Positions 1 through 9,325 of a stretch of 64,000 nt of DNA are shown here, piece by piece. Position 1 is the first letter of the stretch; every line of letters starts with the position of its first letter. The notes below the pieces were generated by a model that saw only the letters and a list, made by a program, of their open reading frames with translations, was not told where the DNA came from and searched no databases. The translations under genes and the position numbers were made by a program. Origin of the DNA: Escherichia phage EC.W2-6; sequence record PP445229.1; one strand, given 5' to 3'.

Positions 1-197
1 TTGAGAAAAGACAGGCTCTTCGGAGACTTGAAGCCAAGTATTTAATGCTACGGTGCAAAATCAATCGACATGAACGTTTCGTTGAAGCTGCACAATCTAA
101 AAACTTTGAATCATCAGTGGAGATGTTCAAGACCCAACTTTCTTTTTATAGGAAAGAACAGGAACAAGTGTGGGATGAAATTCGTTCGTTCTACTAA
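1..197 (+). CDS. hypothetical protein, 5'-truncated at window edge
   Basis: Frame-3 open reading frame running from the window edge to TAA at 195-197; preferred over the listed 70..258 ORF. Confidence 0.3.
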   Translation, partial: EKRQALRRLEAKYLMLRCKINRHERFVEAAQSKNFESSVEMFKTQLSFYRKEQEQVWDEIRSFY

Positions 198-223
198 GCT
201 CAAGGATTCCAAGGAGGAAGAGC

Positions 224-2014
224 ATGTCAAAGATCATTTTGGGAGACACAGGTTGTAAGGAATGTATCTCTCATGGTCGTGATAAAACCCACAACCACAT
301 GATTCTCTTCCGTAACGAAGAGACTGGTGAGGAGTGGGGAAGTTGTAACCGTTGTGGGAATTACGAAGTGTTCGAAAAGGGCACTACACCTACTCCAAAC
401 GAGAAGAAAGAGTTATCCCCTGAAGAGTTGAGAGAAGTCTTAGATGATTGCTTAGAGCTTCCTCAGGGTGAACTTACTCGCCGTTTAATCCCAAAAGCTG
501 TATCAGAGCGTTTTGAGTGTCGTATTGGCCTCAGTCAAACTGATGGTCAGACACCAGACAGTTACTTCTTTCCTCGTGAACGTGATGGAAACATTGTCGG
601 ATATGAGGTTAAGCTGCTAGATAGTAAGAAGTTCTATTACGTCGGCAGTGTGAAAGAAGCAGATTTGTTCGGTATGGCACAAGCTCAACGTGGAGATGTG
701 TACAACAAGAAGCTGTTCATTTTTGAAGACCCGCTATCCTGTATGTCAGGTTTCCATGTCCTTACAGCTTTTACAAATGCAACAAACATTAAACCAGCAT
801 GTGTTTCTTTACCGTTCGGTGCAGGTTCAATCTCTTCTGTGTTGTCTCGTAACCGAGACTTCGTAAATGGTTTTGAGGAGGTTGTGCTCTGCATGGACAA
901 CGATGATGCAGGTGAGATAGCTTTAACAAAAGGTCGTTCTTTATTCCCTCATGTTAAGTTTGCTCGTATTCCTAAAGGAACTTTCCCATACAACGGTGTG
1001 GAGAAAGAGATTAAGGATGCGAATGACATGCTTCTGTCTGGTCGTGGTCAAGAGTTATTCAACATTCTCAAGTACTCAGCAAAGCGGGAATCTCCTGCTG
1101 GAGCTGTAACAATCTTTGATTGTCTTGATGATGCTCTGAAGAAAGCGGAGTGGGGTATCCCATATCCGTGGAAGACTCTGAATGAGATGACCTTCGGTAT
1201 TCGATGGGGAGAGGTGGTAGCAATTGGTGGTGGAGTAGGGAGTGGTAAAACACTCATTGCTCACGAGCTGGTTGCCCATCTGTGCTTAGAGCATGGTTTT
1301 AATGGAGGTGGCTTCTTCTTGGAAGAGAAGGTAGGCATGTCTGTTAAGAACATTGCTGGTAAGTCAGCATCAATTCCTTTCCACCGACCTGATGTTGAAT
1401 ATGATGAGGAGGATTTGCGTAATGAAGCACTTCGTTATGCAGACAAATTCTTCTTGTATGACAACTTCGGACAGAACGAATGGGAAGACATTAAACAGTG
1501 TATCCGTTTCTGGGTAGTTGAAAACCAGTGTAAGTTTATCATCCTTGATAACATTACCGCTCTGGTATCTCATTTAACACCTTCAGAGATTAACACTGAA
1601 ATCAGTAAGATTGCTTCCGAGCTTGCTGGTATGTGTAAAGAGTTAGACTTTACCGCTTTCGTGCTATCTCACCTTAATGCTCCGGCAGGTGGTGCTCCTC
1701 ATGAAGAAGGTGGACAGGTACGTGAAGTGCAGTTCACTGGTTCTCGTTCCCTTATGCGTTGGTGTCAGTGTATCATTGGCTTTGAGCGCGACAAGCAAGC
1801 TGATGGCTTAGCTAAGAACCTCTCAGTCATTCGATTACTGAAAGAACGTAACTACGGTCAGACGGGTGTCTGCTATACTAAGTATATCAGTGAAACCGGT
1901 AGACTTGTAGAAAGGGAAGACTTTGAAGTTGATGAAGATAATCCATTCGTTTTAACTAACGGAGAGGATGCAGCTTCTCTCGTCAACCAAGCAGATGGAG
2001 CTTCACCGTGGTAA
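224..2014 (+). CDS. DNA primase/helicase (T7 gp4-like)
   Basis: N-terminal Cys4 zinc motif (CKEC...CNRCG), central TOPRIM-like region, Walker [10 protein letters not shown]; RBS AGGAGGA upstream. Confidence 0.9.
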   Translation: MSKIILGDTGCKECISHGRDKTHNHMILFRNEETGEEWGSCNRCGNYEVFEKGTTPTPNEKKELSPEELREVLDDCLELPQGELTRRLIPKAVSERFECRIGLSQTDGQTPDSYFFPRERDGNIVGYEVKLLDSKKFYYVGSVKEADLFGMAQAQRGDVYNKKLFIFEDPLSCMSGFHVLTAFTNATNIKPACVSLPFGAGSISSVLSRNRDFVNGFEEVVLCMDNDDAGEIALTKGRSLFPHVKFARIPKGTFPYNGVEKEIKDANDMLLSGRGQELFNILKYSAKRESPAGAVTIFDCLDDALKKAEWGIPYPWKTLNEMTFGIRWGEVVAIGGGVGSGKTLIAHELVAHLCLEHGFNGGGFFLEEKVGMSVKNIAGKSASIPFHRPDVEYDEEDLRNEALRYADKFFLYDNFGQNEWEDIKQCIRFWVVENQCKFIILDNITALVSHLTPSEINTEISKIASELAGMCKELDFTAFVLSHLNAPAGGAPHEEGGQVREVQFTGSRSLMRWCQCIIGFERDKQADGLAKNLSVIRLLKERNYGQTGVCYTKYISETGRLVEREDFEVDEDNPFVLTNGEDAASLVNQADGASPW

Positions 2015-2565
2015 AGAAAAAGAAGAAAGTGTTTGCATTCGATATCGAGAGTAATGCACTGTACGATGACATAACTAAAGTATGGTGTATTTACATCTTC
2101 AATGTTGAAACTGGTGAAAGGTGGGGCTATCGGCCTCACCAAATTGAAGACGGGATTCGTAAACTTACAGAAGCTGATGTGCTCGTTGGTCATAACATTA
2201 TTGACTTCGACTTACCTGCTCTGAAGAAGATGTATCCTTCTTTGATTAAATATCATTTTAACGTCTTTGACACTCTATGTCTTAGTCGATATCTTAAACC
2301 TGACCGTATTGGTGACAGTCCTGAGTATCCGAAAGGCGACCCTAGACATGGCCCAAGAGGTCATGGCTTGAAGCAGTGGGGTGAGTTCTTAGAGGAACTT
2401 AAAGGAGATTACGGTGAGCAAGAGGAAGCATGGGATGCTTTCACTGAAGATATGTTTGCTTATTGTGAACAGGACGTTAACTTAACCGTTAAGGTTTATA
2501 AATACTTGTGTGAACTCACAGGATTCGACCCTTACGACCCACCTTCATTATATTGGAAAATGTAA
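2008..2565 (+). CDS. 3'-5' exonuclease (DnaQ/PolA proofreading domain, stand-alone)
   Basis: DEDD motifs FDIESN (Exo I), HNIIDFD (Exo II), YCEQD (Exo III); start overlaps primase stop. Confidence 0.7.
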   Translation: MVKKKKKVFAFDIESNALYDDITKVWCIYIFNVETGERWGYRPHQIEDGIRKLTEADVLVGHNIIDFDLPALKKMYPSLIKYHFNVFDTLCLSRYLKPDRIGDSPEYPKGDPRHGPRGHGLKQWGEFLEELKGDYGEQEEAWDAFTEDMFAYCEQDVNLTVKVYKYLCELTGFDPYDPPSLYWKM

Positions 2566-2566
2566 A

Positions 2567-3928
2567 ATGATTGTTATCCCGATTAACCAAATTGAAGATA
2601 AGGTTTCTCAACAACCTGATATCACTGTTGGTCGTCACTTCATTGAGCAATTGATTAATAACAACTTAATTCCAGACGGTATCTGTCCCATCATTACTGG
2701 TGGGGCTGTTCGAGATGCTGTGCTTAATAACACAGCTCCACATGACATTGATATCTTTATTGTCAGAGGACAAACACCAAGAACTCAAAACACATTCATC
2801 CCAACTGACCGTTGGCAAGCTCTTGGAAGAGAGATTGAAAGTAATGTGAAGGAATGGCTAGAGTCACAAGATATCGAGTATGCATCCCTTCTTGCTGAAG
2901 CTACGAACGAATCCTATGCTGGGGGTTCTCAATTAACATTCACTGATATTATTGAGTTTCAGTGGAATGGGGTTCGTATCCAATTCATGTTTAATTATCC
3001 TACTTCTATTGAAGAGGTATTGGATAATTTTCCTATGATGTGTCGTGGTGCGATGACTCTTGACAATTTATTCATGACTTCTCATGGGTATTTGGCTATG
3101 ACCGCCCCCTGTCCAGTGGTTGTTTCTAGTCGTGAAATCAGATACGTTCACAAGAAGTGGCCTAACTCGCAAGTATTGAGATTTTCCTCTCCAGCAGTTG
3201 CACATCAATACATGGCCCAAACTCGATATCTTCCCACACCCCAGCCGGTTAGTCATCTGGTTAATGGATTAGGTCAGGTTTCTCTTATTGAGGATACAAC
3301 AAGTGCTCAATATTGTGTTAACCGAGACATGAGTCGATTCTTTGGAATCCCTTATGAAGAGATTCAGTTAATGTCAAGCATTCATGGCTCTAGCCAGATT
3401 CGTGCATATTGGTCTGAAGGGTTGACAAACTTAACAACTAATACAGGAGGAGATCTCCTTGGTCGAGAAGATGAACCTAATCGGCACAATGCAATTGAAG
3501 GGGTGTTTGTAGCCCCTGCAATGCGCCGAGCACAAGAGTCACGAAGAGTAAGCCCTACTCGTAGAACATCTTTTGAAGAAGCTCTTGGTATTACAAGTGA
3601 TTCTATGGAGAGATGGATGGCTAGTCCTTCTCGTGGTCGTCCAAATGGTTTAACTGTTAGCGCACGTCAGTTCTCTGGTCAGGGTTTTGCTGTTGGTGAT
3701 ATCAACGCACCTGTTAGGGCTGTGTGGACTGATGAAGGTGTGGCCCAAGATGTGGCAGGTAGTCTTGATGTTCCTTCTCATGAGGAACTTGCTGAGACCA
3801 TCAGTCGAAATCTCGCTGACCGCTTTGTTGCTAACAACCCTGAAGTATTAGAACCTCAAACCCGCACAGTTCGGTTTGCCGATGAAGCGGGTCGTGGAAT
3901 CTCTTTTGACATGGAAACAAACAACTAA
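2567..3928 (+). CDS. nucleotidyltransferase, CCA-adding enzyme/poly(A) polymerase head-domain family
   Basis: GGAVRD...HDIDIFI matches the class II CCA/PAP head motif GGxVRD...DxD; ATG at 2567 adjacent to upstream stop. Confidence 0.55.
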   Translation: MIVIPINQIEDKVSQQPDITVGRHFIEQLINNNLIPDGICPIITGGAVRDAVLNNTAPHDIDIFIVRGQTPRTQNTFIPTDRWQALGREIESNVKEWLESQDIEYASLLAEATNESYAGGSQLTFTDIIEFQWNGVRIQFMFNYPTSIEEVLDNFPMMCRGAMTLDNLFMTSHGYLAMTAPCPVVVSSREIRYVHKKWPNSQVLRFSSPAVAHQYMAQTRYLPTPQPVSHLVNGLGQVSLIEDTTSAQYCVNRDMSRFFGIPYEEIQLMSSIHGSSQIRAYWSEGLTNLTTNTGGDLLGREDEPNRHNAIEGVFVAPAMRRAQESRRVSPTRRTSFEEALGITSDSMERWMASPSRGRPNGLTVSARQFSGQGFAVGDINAPVRAVWTDEGVAQDVAGSLDVPSHEELAETISRNLADRFVANNPEVLEPQTRTVRFADEAGRGISFDMETNN

Positions 3929-3937
3929 GGAATAAGA

Positions 3938-4471
3938 ATGAGTTTACTAGGAAGTGTTGAACTGCACGATGTAATTGACAATGGCTATCTGGATGCGGAG
4001 CATAAGTATGTTAACGCTGCTAGTGTGGATATCCGTATTGGTGATACTATCCTTGTTGAAGAACAGGCTGATGGCATCGTTGATATTGATGCGAAAGAGA
4101 ATCTTCAGTGGAAGGAAGTAAAGATTCCTGAAGAGGGTTTGGTTATCACTCCGGGTCAGTTCTTCTTGGCTCACTCTATGGAGGAGTTTAATCTTCCAGA
4201 TAACATCTCAAGTCTGTTTGTTCTGCGTTCATCTATGGCTCGTTGTGGTTTGAACCATCTCCACGCTGGGTGGGCAGACGCAGGGTTTAATAGCAGTAAG
4301 CTGACATTTGAATTCCATAACGTAACCAAGCATCATAGCTTACGAGTTCGTGCTGGTATGCGTGTTGGTCAGATGGTTATGTTTGAGCACTCTCATGCAG
4401 GGGAGCACTCCTATGCAGTGAAGGGTCGTTATAATAACTCTGAAGGTGTAGTTGCATCTAAAGGTGTGTAA
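3938..4471 (+). CDS. dcd: dCTP deaminase / dUTPase-family protein
   Basis: Motifs VDIRIGD, RSSMARCGL, GWADAGF and C-terminal KGRYNNSEGVVASK resemble Dcd. Confidence 0.8.
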   Translation: MSLLGSVELHDVIDNGYLDAEHKYVNAASVDIRIGDTILVEEQADGIVDIDAKENLQWKEVKIPEEGLVITPGQFFLAHSMEEFNLPDNISSLFVLRSSMARCGLNHLHAGWADAGFNSSKLTFEFHNVTKHHSLRVRAGMRVGQMVMFEHSHAGEHSYAVKGRYNNSEGVVASKGV

Positions 4472-4669
4472 ATGAAAAAGTGGATTGTTCGTGTACATGA
4501 TAACACGACTGGAGAGTTAGTAGCTGTAGATTTTGTTAAGACTCGAGAGCACGCACGTAGGGTCAAAAATCAATACAAATCTACTTTTAGACTTAATAAG
4601 GTTACACTAGGAAAAGCTATCGTGAATAGTGAAGGTGCTTTTTGTGTTAACAGTAAGGTTTATTATTAA
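4472..4669 (+). CDS. small protein, tandem paralog 1 of 3 (C-terminal KVYY)
   Basis: 65 aa; shares TR..AR..K core and C-terminal KV.YY with the next two ORFs. Confidence 0.45.
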   Translation: MKKWIVRVHDNTTGELVAVDFVKTREHARRVKNQYKSTFRLNKVTLGKAIVNSEGAFCVNSKVYY

Positions 4670-4878
4670 TGAGACCGATCACTATGAGACAATTTTGGTT
4701 AGCAAAGATTAAGTGGGCATCAGGTGGTATGACTATGACTGCACTACTCACTCGTCAACAGGCTCGAGATTTTAAAAAGTCTATGTTCAATGTAGACTTA
4801 ACTAAGAGCATCAGTATTCATAAGGCCAAGGAGTATTCTTCTGGTCGTGTTTATATCAGCGGAAAGGTACATTACTAA
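4669..4878 (+). CDS. small protein, tandem paralog 2 of 3
   Basis: 69 aa; TAATG stop-start overlap; ends GKVHY. Confidence 0.45.
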   Translation: MRPITMRQFWLAKIKWASGGMTMTALLTRQQARDFKKSMFNVDLTKSISIHKAKEYSSGRVYISGKVHY

Positions 4879-5087
4879 TGAAAAAGATGTGGGCTATTCA
4901 TGTTGTTTGGGATCTTGAGCAACACATGAGAAAAGATAACATCAAATTGTTTGACACTCGCAAAGAGGCTCGTATTGCTAAGAAACAGTTGAAGACTCTG
5001 GGCACAATAGTAAAAAGCGCTGACATACATCGCTGGTATGAAGACCCTAACACTGGTTCTTTTATGTCTAAAGTAATTTACTACTGA
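4878..5087 (+). CDS. small protein, tandem paralog 3 of 3
   Basis: 69 aa; TAATG overlap; ends KVIYY. Confidence 0.45.
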   Translation: MKKMWAIHVVWDLEQHMRKDNIKLFDTRKEARIAKKQLKTLGTIVKSADIHRWYEDPNTGSFMSKVIYY

Positions 5088-5111
5088 TTGGTAGTAGATA
5101 TGATAACTCTC

Positions 5112-5122
5112 AAATGTATATA
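5112..5122 (+). promoter_or_regulatory. candidate phage-specific promoter element (AATGTATA motif)
   Basis: AAATGTATATA about 40 nt upstream of ATG 5160. Confidence 0.3.
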
Positions 5123-5159
5123 GAGTACAATAAGAATTTGTATTTTACAGGAGAGAGTT

Positions 5160-5489
5160 ATGTTAGATTTGAGTAAAGTGGCCCCGCCCACTGAAGAGAT
5201 TACAAAATCCAAGGTGATGCAACAGTTTTATCATCGTGATATGCTTGGTCGCTTTATCAAGAATCGTGATGTTGTTGCTTGGTCTATTGGTAATCAGGGA
5301 TATCTGTTGAAGGTTCTTCAGGTTACAGGCTCAACTGCTAAGCGAGTTAAGGTGTATGACCCTGAAATGGGGCGTTCTAAGTCAGTAGACCCACAGAACT
5401 GCATCGTAATTACCCAGCAGGTAATGGATAATATTGCACGTAACGTTGCTAACTCAGTTGAACTTGATGGAGAAAACCCAAATGCATAA
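5160..5489 (+). CDS. hypothetical protein
   Basis: ORF with GGAGAGAG RBS; no recognisable motif. Confidence 0.4.
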   Translation: MLDLSKVAPPTEEITKSKVMQQFYHRDMLGRFIKNRDVVAWSIGNQGYLLKVLQVTGSTAKRVKVYDPEMGRSKSVDPQNCIVITQQVMDNIARNVANSVELDGENPNA

Positions 5490-6045
5490 GAATGTTTTTG
5501 ATTTACCTGAGATTGGTCGTGACAGTTATAGTATGTTAGACCGGTCTGATCTTTCAATCTCTCGCCTTGAAACAATGCAAGGCATGATTAGTGCAAACAG
5601 CCTAGAACACATCCTGAGCTGCTTACAAGCTAACATGGAACTATTGCATATCAAAGCTAAAAACTACCACTGGAACGTCTCTGGTGCAGGATTTCAGGGT
5701 GTCCATGGTATGTTTGATGAGCTGGAAGATTACGCACGACAGGTAGGAGATCGTATTGCTGAACGTATGCGTTACCACTGTGTTAAAGTGGATGCTACAG
5801 CAGCTAATTATCTTTCTCATGCTTGGTTCTCAGAGGGGAATGCTGATCTAGACATGGACGGTATGCTCTCTGATATGTGCATGACCTTGATGTGTATTAT
5901 TGAGAAGATGGATGAGTTTGATGGTGATTTAGCCTCCCACCCTGTCGATCAGAGTATGCTTCAAGAAATTAATGAAGGTCTTGGCAAGTATTGCTACTTC
6001 GTCAAGAGCAACATGTCCCATTCAAGTGGTGACGTGTCTTACTAA
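5482..6045 (+). CDS. Dps/ferritin-like protein
   Basis: KNYHWNVSGAGFQGVHGMFDE...DRIAER parallels the Dps ferroxidase region (HWN..G..F..VHE..D...AER); ATG at 5482 overlaps upstream stop. Confidence 0.55.
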   Translation: MHKNVFDLPEIGRDSYSMLDRSDLSISRLETMQGMISANSLEHILSCLQANMELLHIKAKNYHWNVSGAGFQGVHGMFDELEDYARQVGDRIAERMRYHCVKVDATAANYLSHAWFSEGNADLDMDGMLSDMCMTLMCIIEKMDEFDGDLASHPVDQSMLQEINEGLGKYCYFVKSNMSHSSGDVSY

Positions 6046-6105
6046 AACCTCCGCCCTGTCTCCTAACCCGAGGTGGGGCGAACTTATTTATAAGGATATA
6101 GATAT

Positions 6106-6285
6106 ATGTTATCAGCAATCGTATGGGGTATTTGGGCTATCTTTATTGGTGGTGGTATTTATTGGGCTTCTGGTAAGCTTATTGAAGAAACTCCTGATAA
6201 GAAAGGTGAAATTCAAACAGCATCAACCATCATGGTTATTGTAGCTGTTGTTATCCCGTTCCTACTTCACCTCCTGACTGCATAA
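6106..6285 (+). CDS. small membrane protein (two predicted TM helices)
   Basis: 59-aa ORF with AAGGA RBS, not in the supplied track; preferred over overlapping 5972..6244 frame. Confidence 0.35.
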   Translation: MLSAIVWGIWAIFIGGGIYWASGKLIEETPDKKGEIQTASTIMVIVAVVIPFLLHLLTA

Positions 6286-6293
6286 GGATTTAC

Positions 6294-6569
6294 ATGTCTA
6301 AAGTAATTAAGTTTTATAGCGATCAGTGTGCTCCATGTAAAGCAATGGCTCCTACCTTTGAGAAGGTTGTTAAGGAGTTTGATGTAGAAGTGGAAGAGAT
6401 TAACATCCTTGAAGGTGATGGTCGTGAACAAGCTGTTAAGTATGGTGTACGAAGTATCCCTGCTTTCGTTGTGCCTGACCGTAACAGTGGTGCGCACTAC
6501 AGCCTCTCCGGTATGCAGACTGAAGCAAACCTGAAAGCATTTTTGGACACAGCCCTGAGAAATAAGTAA
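6294..6569 (+). CDS. thioredoxin-like protein
   Basis: Active-site-like CAPCK (Trx WCGPCK) in a 91-aa protein. Confidence 0.7.
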   Translation: MSKVIKFYSDQCAPCKAMAPTFEKVVKEFDVEVEEINILEGDGREQAVKYGVRSIPAFVVPDRNSGAHYSLSGMQTEANLKAFLDTALRNK

Positions 6570-6584
6570 TAAGGATATTCACGG

Positions 6585-7241
6585 ATGAATGAACAACTAC
6601 AAGCAACATTAATCGAAGCTATGGGAAGTGATCGTAGCGTAGTAAACGCAGCTCGAGTTTCCTTTGGCGTAACCCGTGAAGGTGATTTAAATGAACGTGA
6701 TGAACGTCTCATCAACTTTCTCGCAAGAGAGAAGCATGTTACCCCATTCCGACACCCGCAAGTCAGTTTCCGATGCAAAGCACCTATCGCAATTGCGAGA
6801 CAGCTGGGCAAGCATCAGGTTGGATTCTCGTGGAACGAAATGTCCCGGCGGTATAAAGATGGAGCAGTTGAAGTCTTCATCCCTAAAGAGATTTTTGCGA
6901 GACCTTCGGACCTCCATGCAGGTTCAGGGATTCAACTCATCGACGGAGAGCGAGCTGAAGCATTAATGCTGATTAATGATGCATATGAAGCTTCTCTAGC
7001 AGCATATGACAAGTTGATTGAATTTATTGCACCAGAGCAGGCTCGATTTGTTCTTCCTCAGGGGATGATCACTGAGTGGGTGTGGACTGGTTCTTTGTAT
7101 GGCTGGTTTGAGTTGTGCCGTCAGCGACTCTCCTCTCACGCTCAATATGAAGTTCGAGTGTTTGCTAAATCTCTAGATGAAGAGATGGCTAAACTCTACC
7201 CAATCTCGTGGGCAGCTCTGAAGAAAACTTTGGAGAGTTAA
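6585..7241 (+). CDS. thyX: flavin-dependent thymidylate synthase-like (ThyX)
   Basis: AARVSFG N-terminus and ARQLGKH...SWNEMSRRY region resemble the ThyX signature (RHR...S.RY), with H replacing RHR. Confidence 0.6.
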   Translation: MNEQLQATLIEAMGSDRSVVNAARVSFGVTREGDLNERDERLINFLAREKHVTPFRHPQVSFRCKAPIAIARQLGKHQVGFSWNEMSRRYKDGAVEVFIPKEIFARPSDLHAGSGIQLIDGERAEALMLINDAYEASLAAYDKLIEFIAPEQARFVLPQGMITEWVWTGSLYGWFELCRQRLSSHAQYEVRVFAKSLDEEMAKLYPISWAALKKTLES

Positions 7242-7242
7242 A

Positions 7243-7491
7243 ATGGCTAGTAAAAGTATTTGGATTCTGAGTCGTGTTGAAGAGACAGACAGAGGGGAGT
7301 ACACAGAAGTGCTTTGCTCTTTCATTACATACCCCACAAAACAACAGCTTGAAGATGCTGGAGTAGAAATAAATCTTTCTCAATCTCTTTTTGATAAAAA
7401 GGTTTCCAAGTCAACAGCCCCATTCTTTGGTTATTACTACACACTTGATAGTTTGGAGCTACTGATGAATGATTCTTGTTTGGAGAATTAA
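7243..7491 (+). CDS. hypothetical protein
   Basis: ORF abutting thyX stop; no motif. Confidence 0.4.
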   Translation: MASKSIWILSRVEETDRGEYTEVLCSFITYPTKQQLEDAGVEINLSQSLFDKKVSKSTAPFFGYYYTLDSLELLMNDSCLEN

Positions 7492-7625
7492 TGTTGGAAG
7501 AAGATGACGATGTGTTCTGCACCAAGTGTGGGATGACAGTTGATGATGCATATGACCCAAGTGTAGAAATTTGTCCATGTTGCAGAGTATGTGAATATTG
7601 CTGTTCCCACAACTCAGAGGATTAG
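7491..7625 (+). CDS. small Cys-rich (zinc-ribbon-like) protein
   Basis: 44-aa ORF, CTKCG...CPCCRVCEYCC; TAATG overlap with upstream gene. Confidence 0.3.
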   Translation: MLEEDDDVFCTKCGMTVDDAYDPSVEICPCCRVCEYCCSHNSED

Positions 7626-7637
7626 CAGGAATTCCTT

Positions 7638-7871
7638 ATGAAGATAAAACATATTACAGATATTCAGGAGGCATTTAGAATGCTTCCTCGAAGAGAGAAA
7701 GATAAGATTAAGAAGCTTATTCAAGTCTATGGTCATACATCTGAAGGTGATGTAGATTATATGCCTGCCACTTTTAGAGAATGCGGAATTGCTCGTAATT
7801 TCACATTTGATCATAAAGTATTTCAGCAATTCGTTGACCACTGGAGAAAAGATGGAAAAGAAAGTCTGTAG
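7638..7871 (+). CDS. hypothetical protein
   Basis: ORF with RBS; no motif. Confidence 0.4.
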   Translation: MKIKHITDIQEAFRMLPRREKDKIKKLIQVYGHTSEGDVDYMPATFRECGIARNFTFDHKVFQQFVDHWRKDGKESL

Positions 7872-8037
7872 CTTCTGTAATAAAGAGAAGACTGTCGCCA
7901 ACTTTAAACCTAATCCTGTAACTGGTCTGACCCATGTCATGTGCCACTCTTGCAGGATATATCTTGAAACAAAACACACTATCAATAGATTGCATTATTA
8001 TCACCCAACAACATTCAAATTTAAGGTTGTGAAATGA
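7852..8037 (+). CDS. small zinc-finger protein
   Basis: CSFCN...CHSCR; internal ATG with GGAG RBS chosen over the listed 7789 start. Confidence 0.4.
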   Translation: MEKKVCSFCNKEKTVANFKPNPVTGLTHVMCHSCRIYLETKHTINRLHYYHPTTFKFKVVK

Positions 8038-8363
8038 TTGACAGTAATACATTTAGGACTTCAAATGGAAGTGAAATAAGTCCCGCTGAAGTAATCAATC
8101 GGCATAGAAGGCAATTGATCATCCATTCCTATTTGTATTACTGGTTGGATGACCCTATCTGGTCTGATGATAAATGGCAACAAGTTGCTAATGATCTAGT
8201 GGAGCTGCAAGCTCTGTATCCAGAGCCTACCGGAGTCTTTGACAGTGAGTTCAAAGATTGGGATGGTTCTACAGGGATGCACCTCCCACACAATGAGACT
8301 GTTGCTTGTATGGCGACAGCTGTTTACAGGATTCATAAAGATATGAACCATGAAGTGCTCTAG
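8034..8363 (+). CDS. protein resembling NAD-dependent DNA ligase N-terminal Ia domain (stand-alone)
   Basis: HSYLYYWLDDPIWSDDKWQQVANDLVELQALYPEP mirrors LigA Ia (HNYRYYVLDDPEISDAEYD...L.ELEA..PEL); no adenylation domain follows. Confidence 0.4.
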   Translation: MIDSNTFRTSNGSEISPAEVINRHRRQLIIHSYLYYWLDDPIWSDDKWQQVANDLVELQALYPEPTGVFDSEFKDWDGSTGMHLPHNETVACMATAVYRIHKDMNHEVL

Positions 8364-8535
8364 ATGTGAAGGAACAAACCTTCATTTAAGTAACAAGGTT
8401 ATCAGAGAGCTTGCCAAAGGCTCTCCAACCAAAGGGAAGAACAAACGATTTACTAACGTCAGGGTTTATACAGCAATCTGCAAAGACTGCTTAACTACTG
8501 AGTGTCATTACGAAGAAATTGGAGAGCGTAAATGA
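8350..8535 (+). CDS. small zinc-ribbon protein
   Basis: CSRCEG...CKDC; overlaps neighbours. Confidence 0.4.
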   Translation: MKCSRCEGTNLHLSNKVIRELAKGSPTKGKNKRFTNVRVYTAICKDCLTTECHYEEIGERK

Positions 8536-9269
8536 GTCGTCGTCAATCACGGAAAGAATCACGGAAAGACCTTCGTCGAGAAGCACTTGTTACTCGTAAG
8601 GGTAAGCGAGAGTATGAAGAGGTGGTTTTAGCAAAGCCTGTAGTCCCTCAGAACCAGTTTCAGTCTGAGCTACTCAATGCTATTAAGACTAAACAAGTTG
8701 TGTTCACAGACGCTCCTGCGGGCTGTGGTAAGACCTTTGTAATCACTTCCACGGTTATTGATGCACTGAAGAGTGGTAAGATTCAGAAGATCATCCTGAG
8801 TCGACCTTCAGTTGGCATGGGTAACTCTCTTGGGTTACTTCCGGGAGGAATGCGTGAGAAGTTTGAACCATACCTGATGCCTATCATTGATGTTATTACT
8901 CAGCGATACGGTAAGGGATTCTATGAATGCCAAATCGGAAATGGTAACATTGAATTTGTACCTCTGGAATATCTCCGTGGTCGCTCTTTCAACGATGCCA
9001 TTGTTATCGTAGATGAGTTCCAGAACACAACTAAGGATGAAGCCTTCTCCATCATGACTCGATTGGGAGAAACCTCTCAATTGTTCTGTATGGGTGATAC
9101 AAACCAGCATGATATGCGTGGTCGCGAGAGTGGTCTAACTTGGGCTACTAACTTTATTGATGAACACGATCTGTATGAGTTTGCTGAGATTGTAGATGGT
9201 GAATCAGATGATATTGTTCGTTCTGGTTTCTGTAAGGCGATTGTTAAAGCAATGGAAAAGAAAGCTTAA
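8532..9269 (+). CDS. phoH: PhoH-like ATPase
   Basis: Walker A DAPAGCGKTF and PhoH-like length/layout. Confidence 0.8.
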   Translation: MSRRQSRKESRKDLRREALVTRKGKREYEEVVLAKPVVPQNQFQSELLNAIKTKQVVFTDAPAGCGKTFVITSTVIDALKSGKIQKIILSRPSVGMGNSLGLLPGGMREKFEPYLMPIIDVITQRYGKGFYECQIGNGNIEFVPLEYLRGRSFNDAIVIVDEFQNTTKDEAFSIMTRLGETSQLFCMGDTNQHDMRGRESGLTWATNFIDEHDLYEFAEIVDGESDDIVRSGFCKAIVKAMEKKA

Positions 9270-9280
9270 ACAGTAACTTA

Positions 9281-9291
9281 TAATGTATACT
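9281..9291 (+). promoter_or_regulatory. candidate phage-specific promoter element (TAATGTATACT)
   Basis: Exact TAATGTATACT 35 nt upstream of ATG 9326, no sigma70 -35. Confidence 0.35.
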
Positions 9292-9325
9292 CCTTAGTGT
9301 ACACTGATATATTAAGGAGTTTTAA

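Noticed and set aside
70-258. Listed 62-aa ORF at the window start
   Set aside because: A different frame (frame 3) is open from the window edge to 197 with a more coding-like composition, and the listed ORF runs into the primase start; the upstream partial gene is the likelier reading.
5972-6244. 90-aa ORF overlapping the Dps-like gene end
   Set aside because: No RBS, and it overlaps the upstream gene by 70 nt; a 59-aa ORF at 6106-6285 in another frame with an RBS explains the same hydrophobic region.
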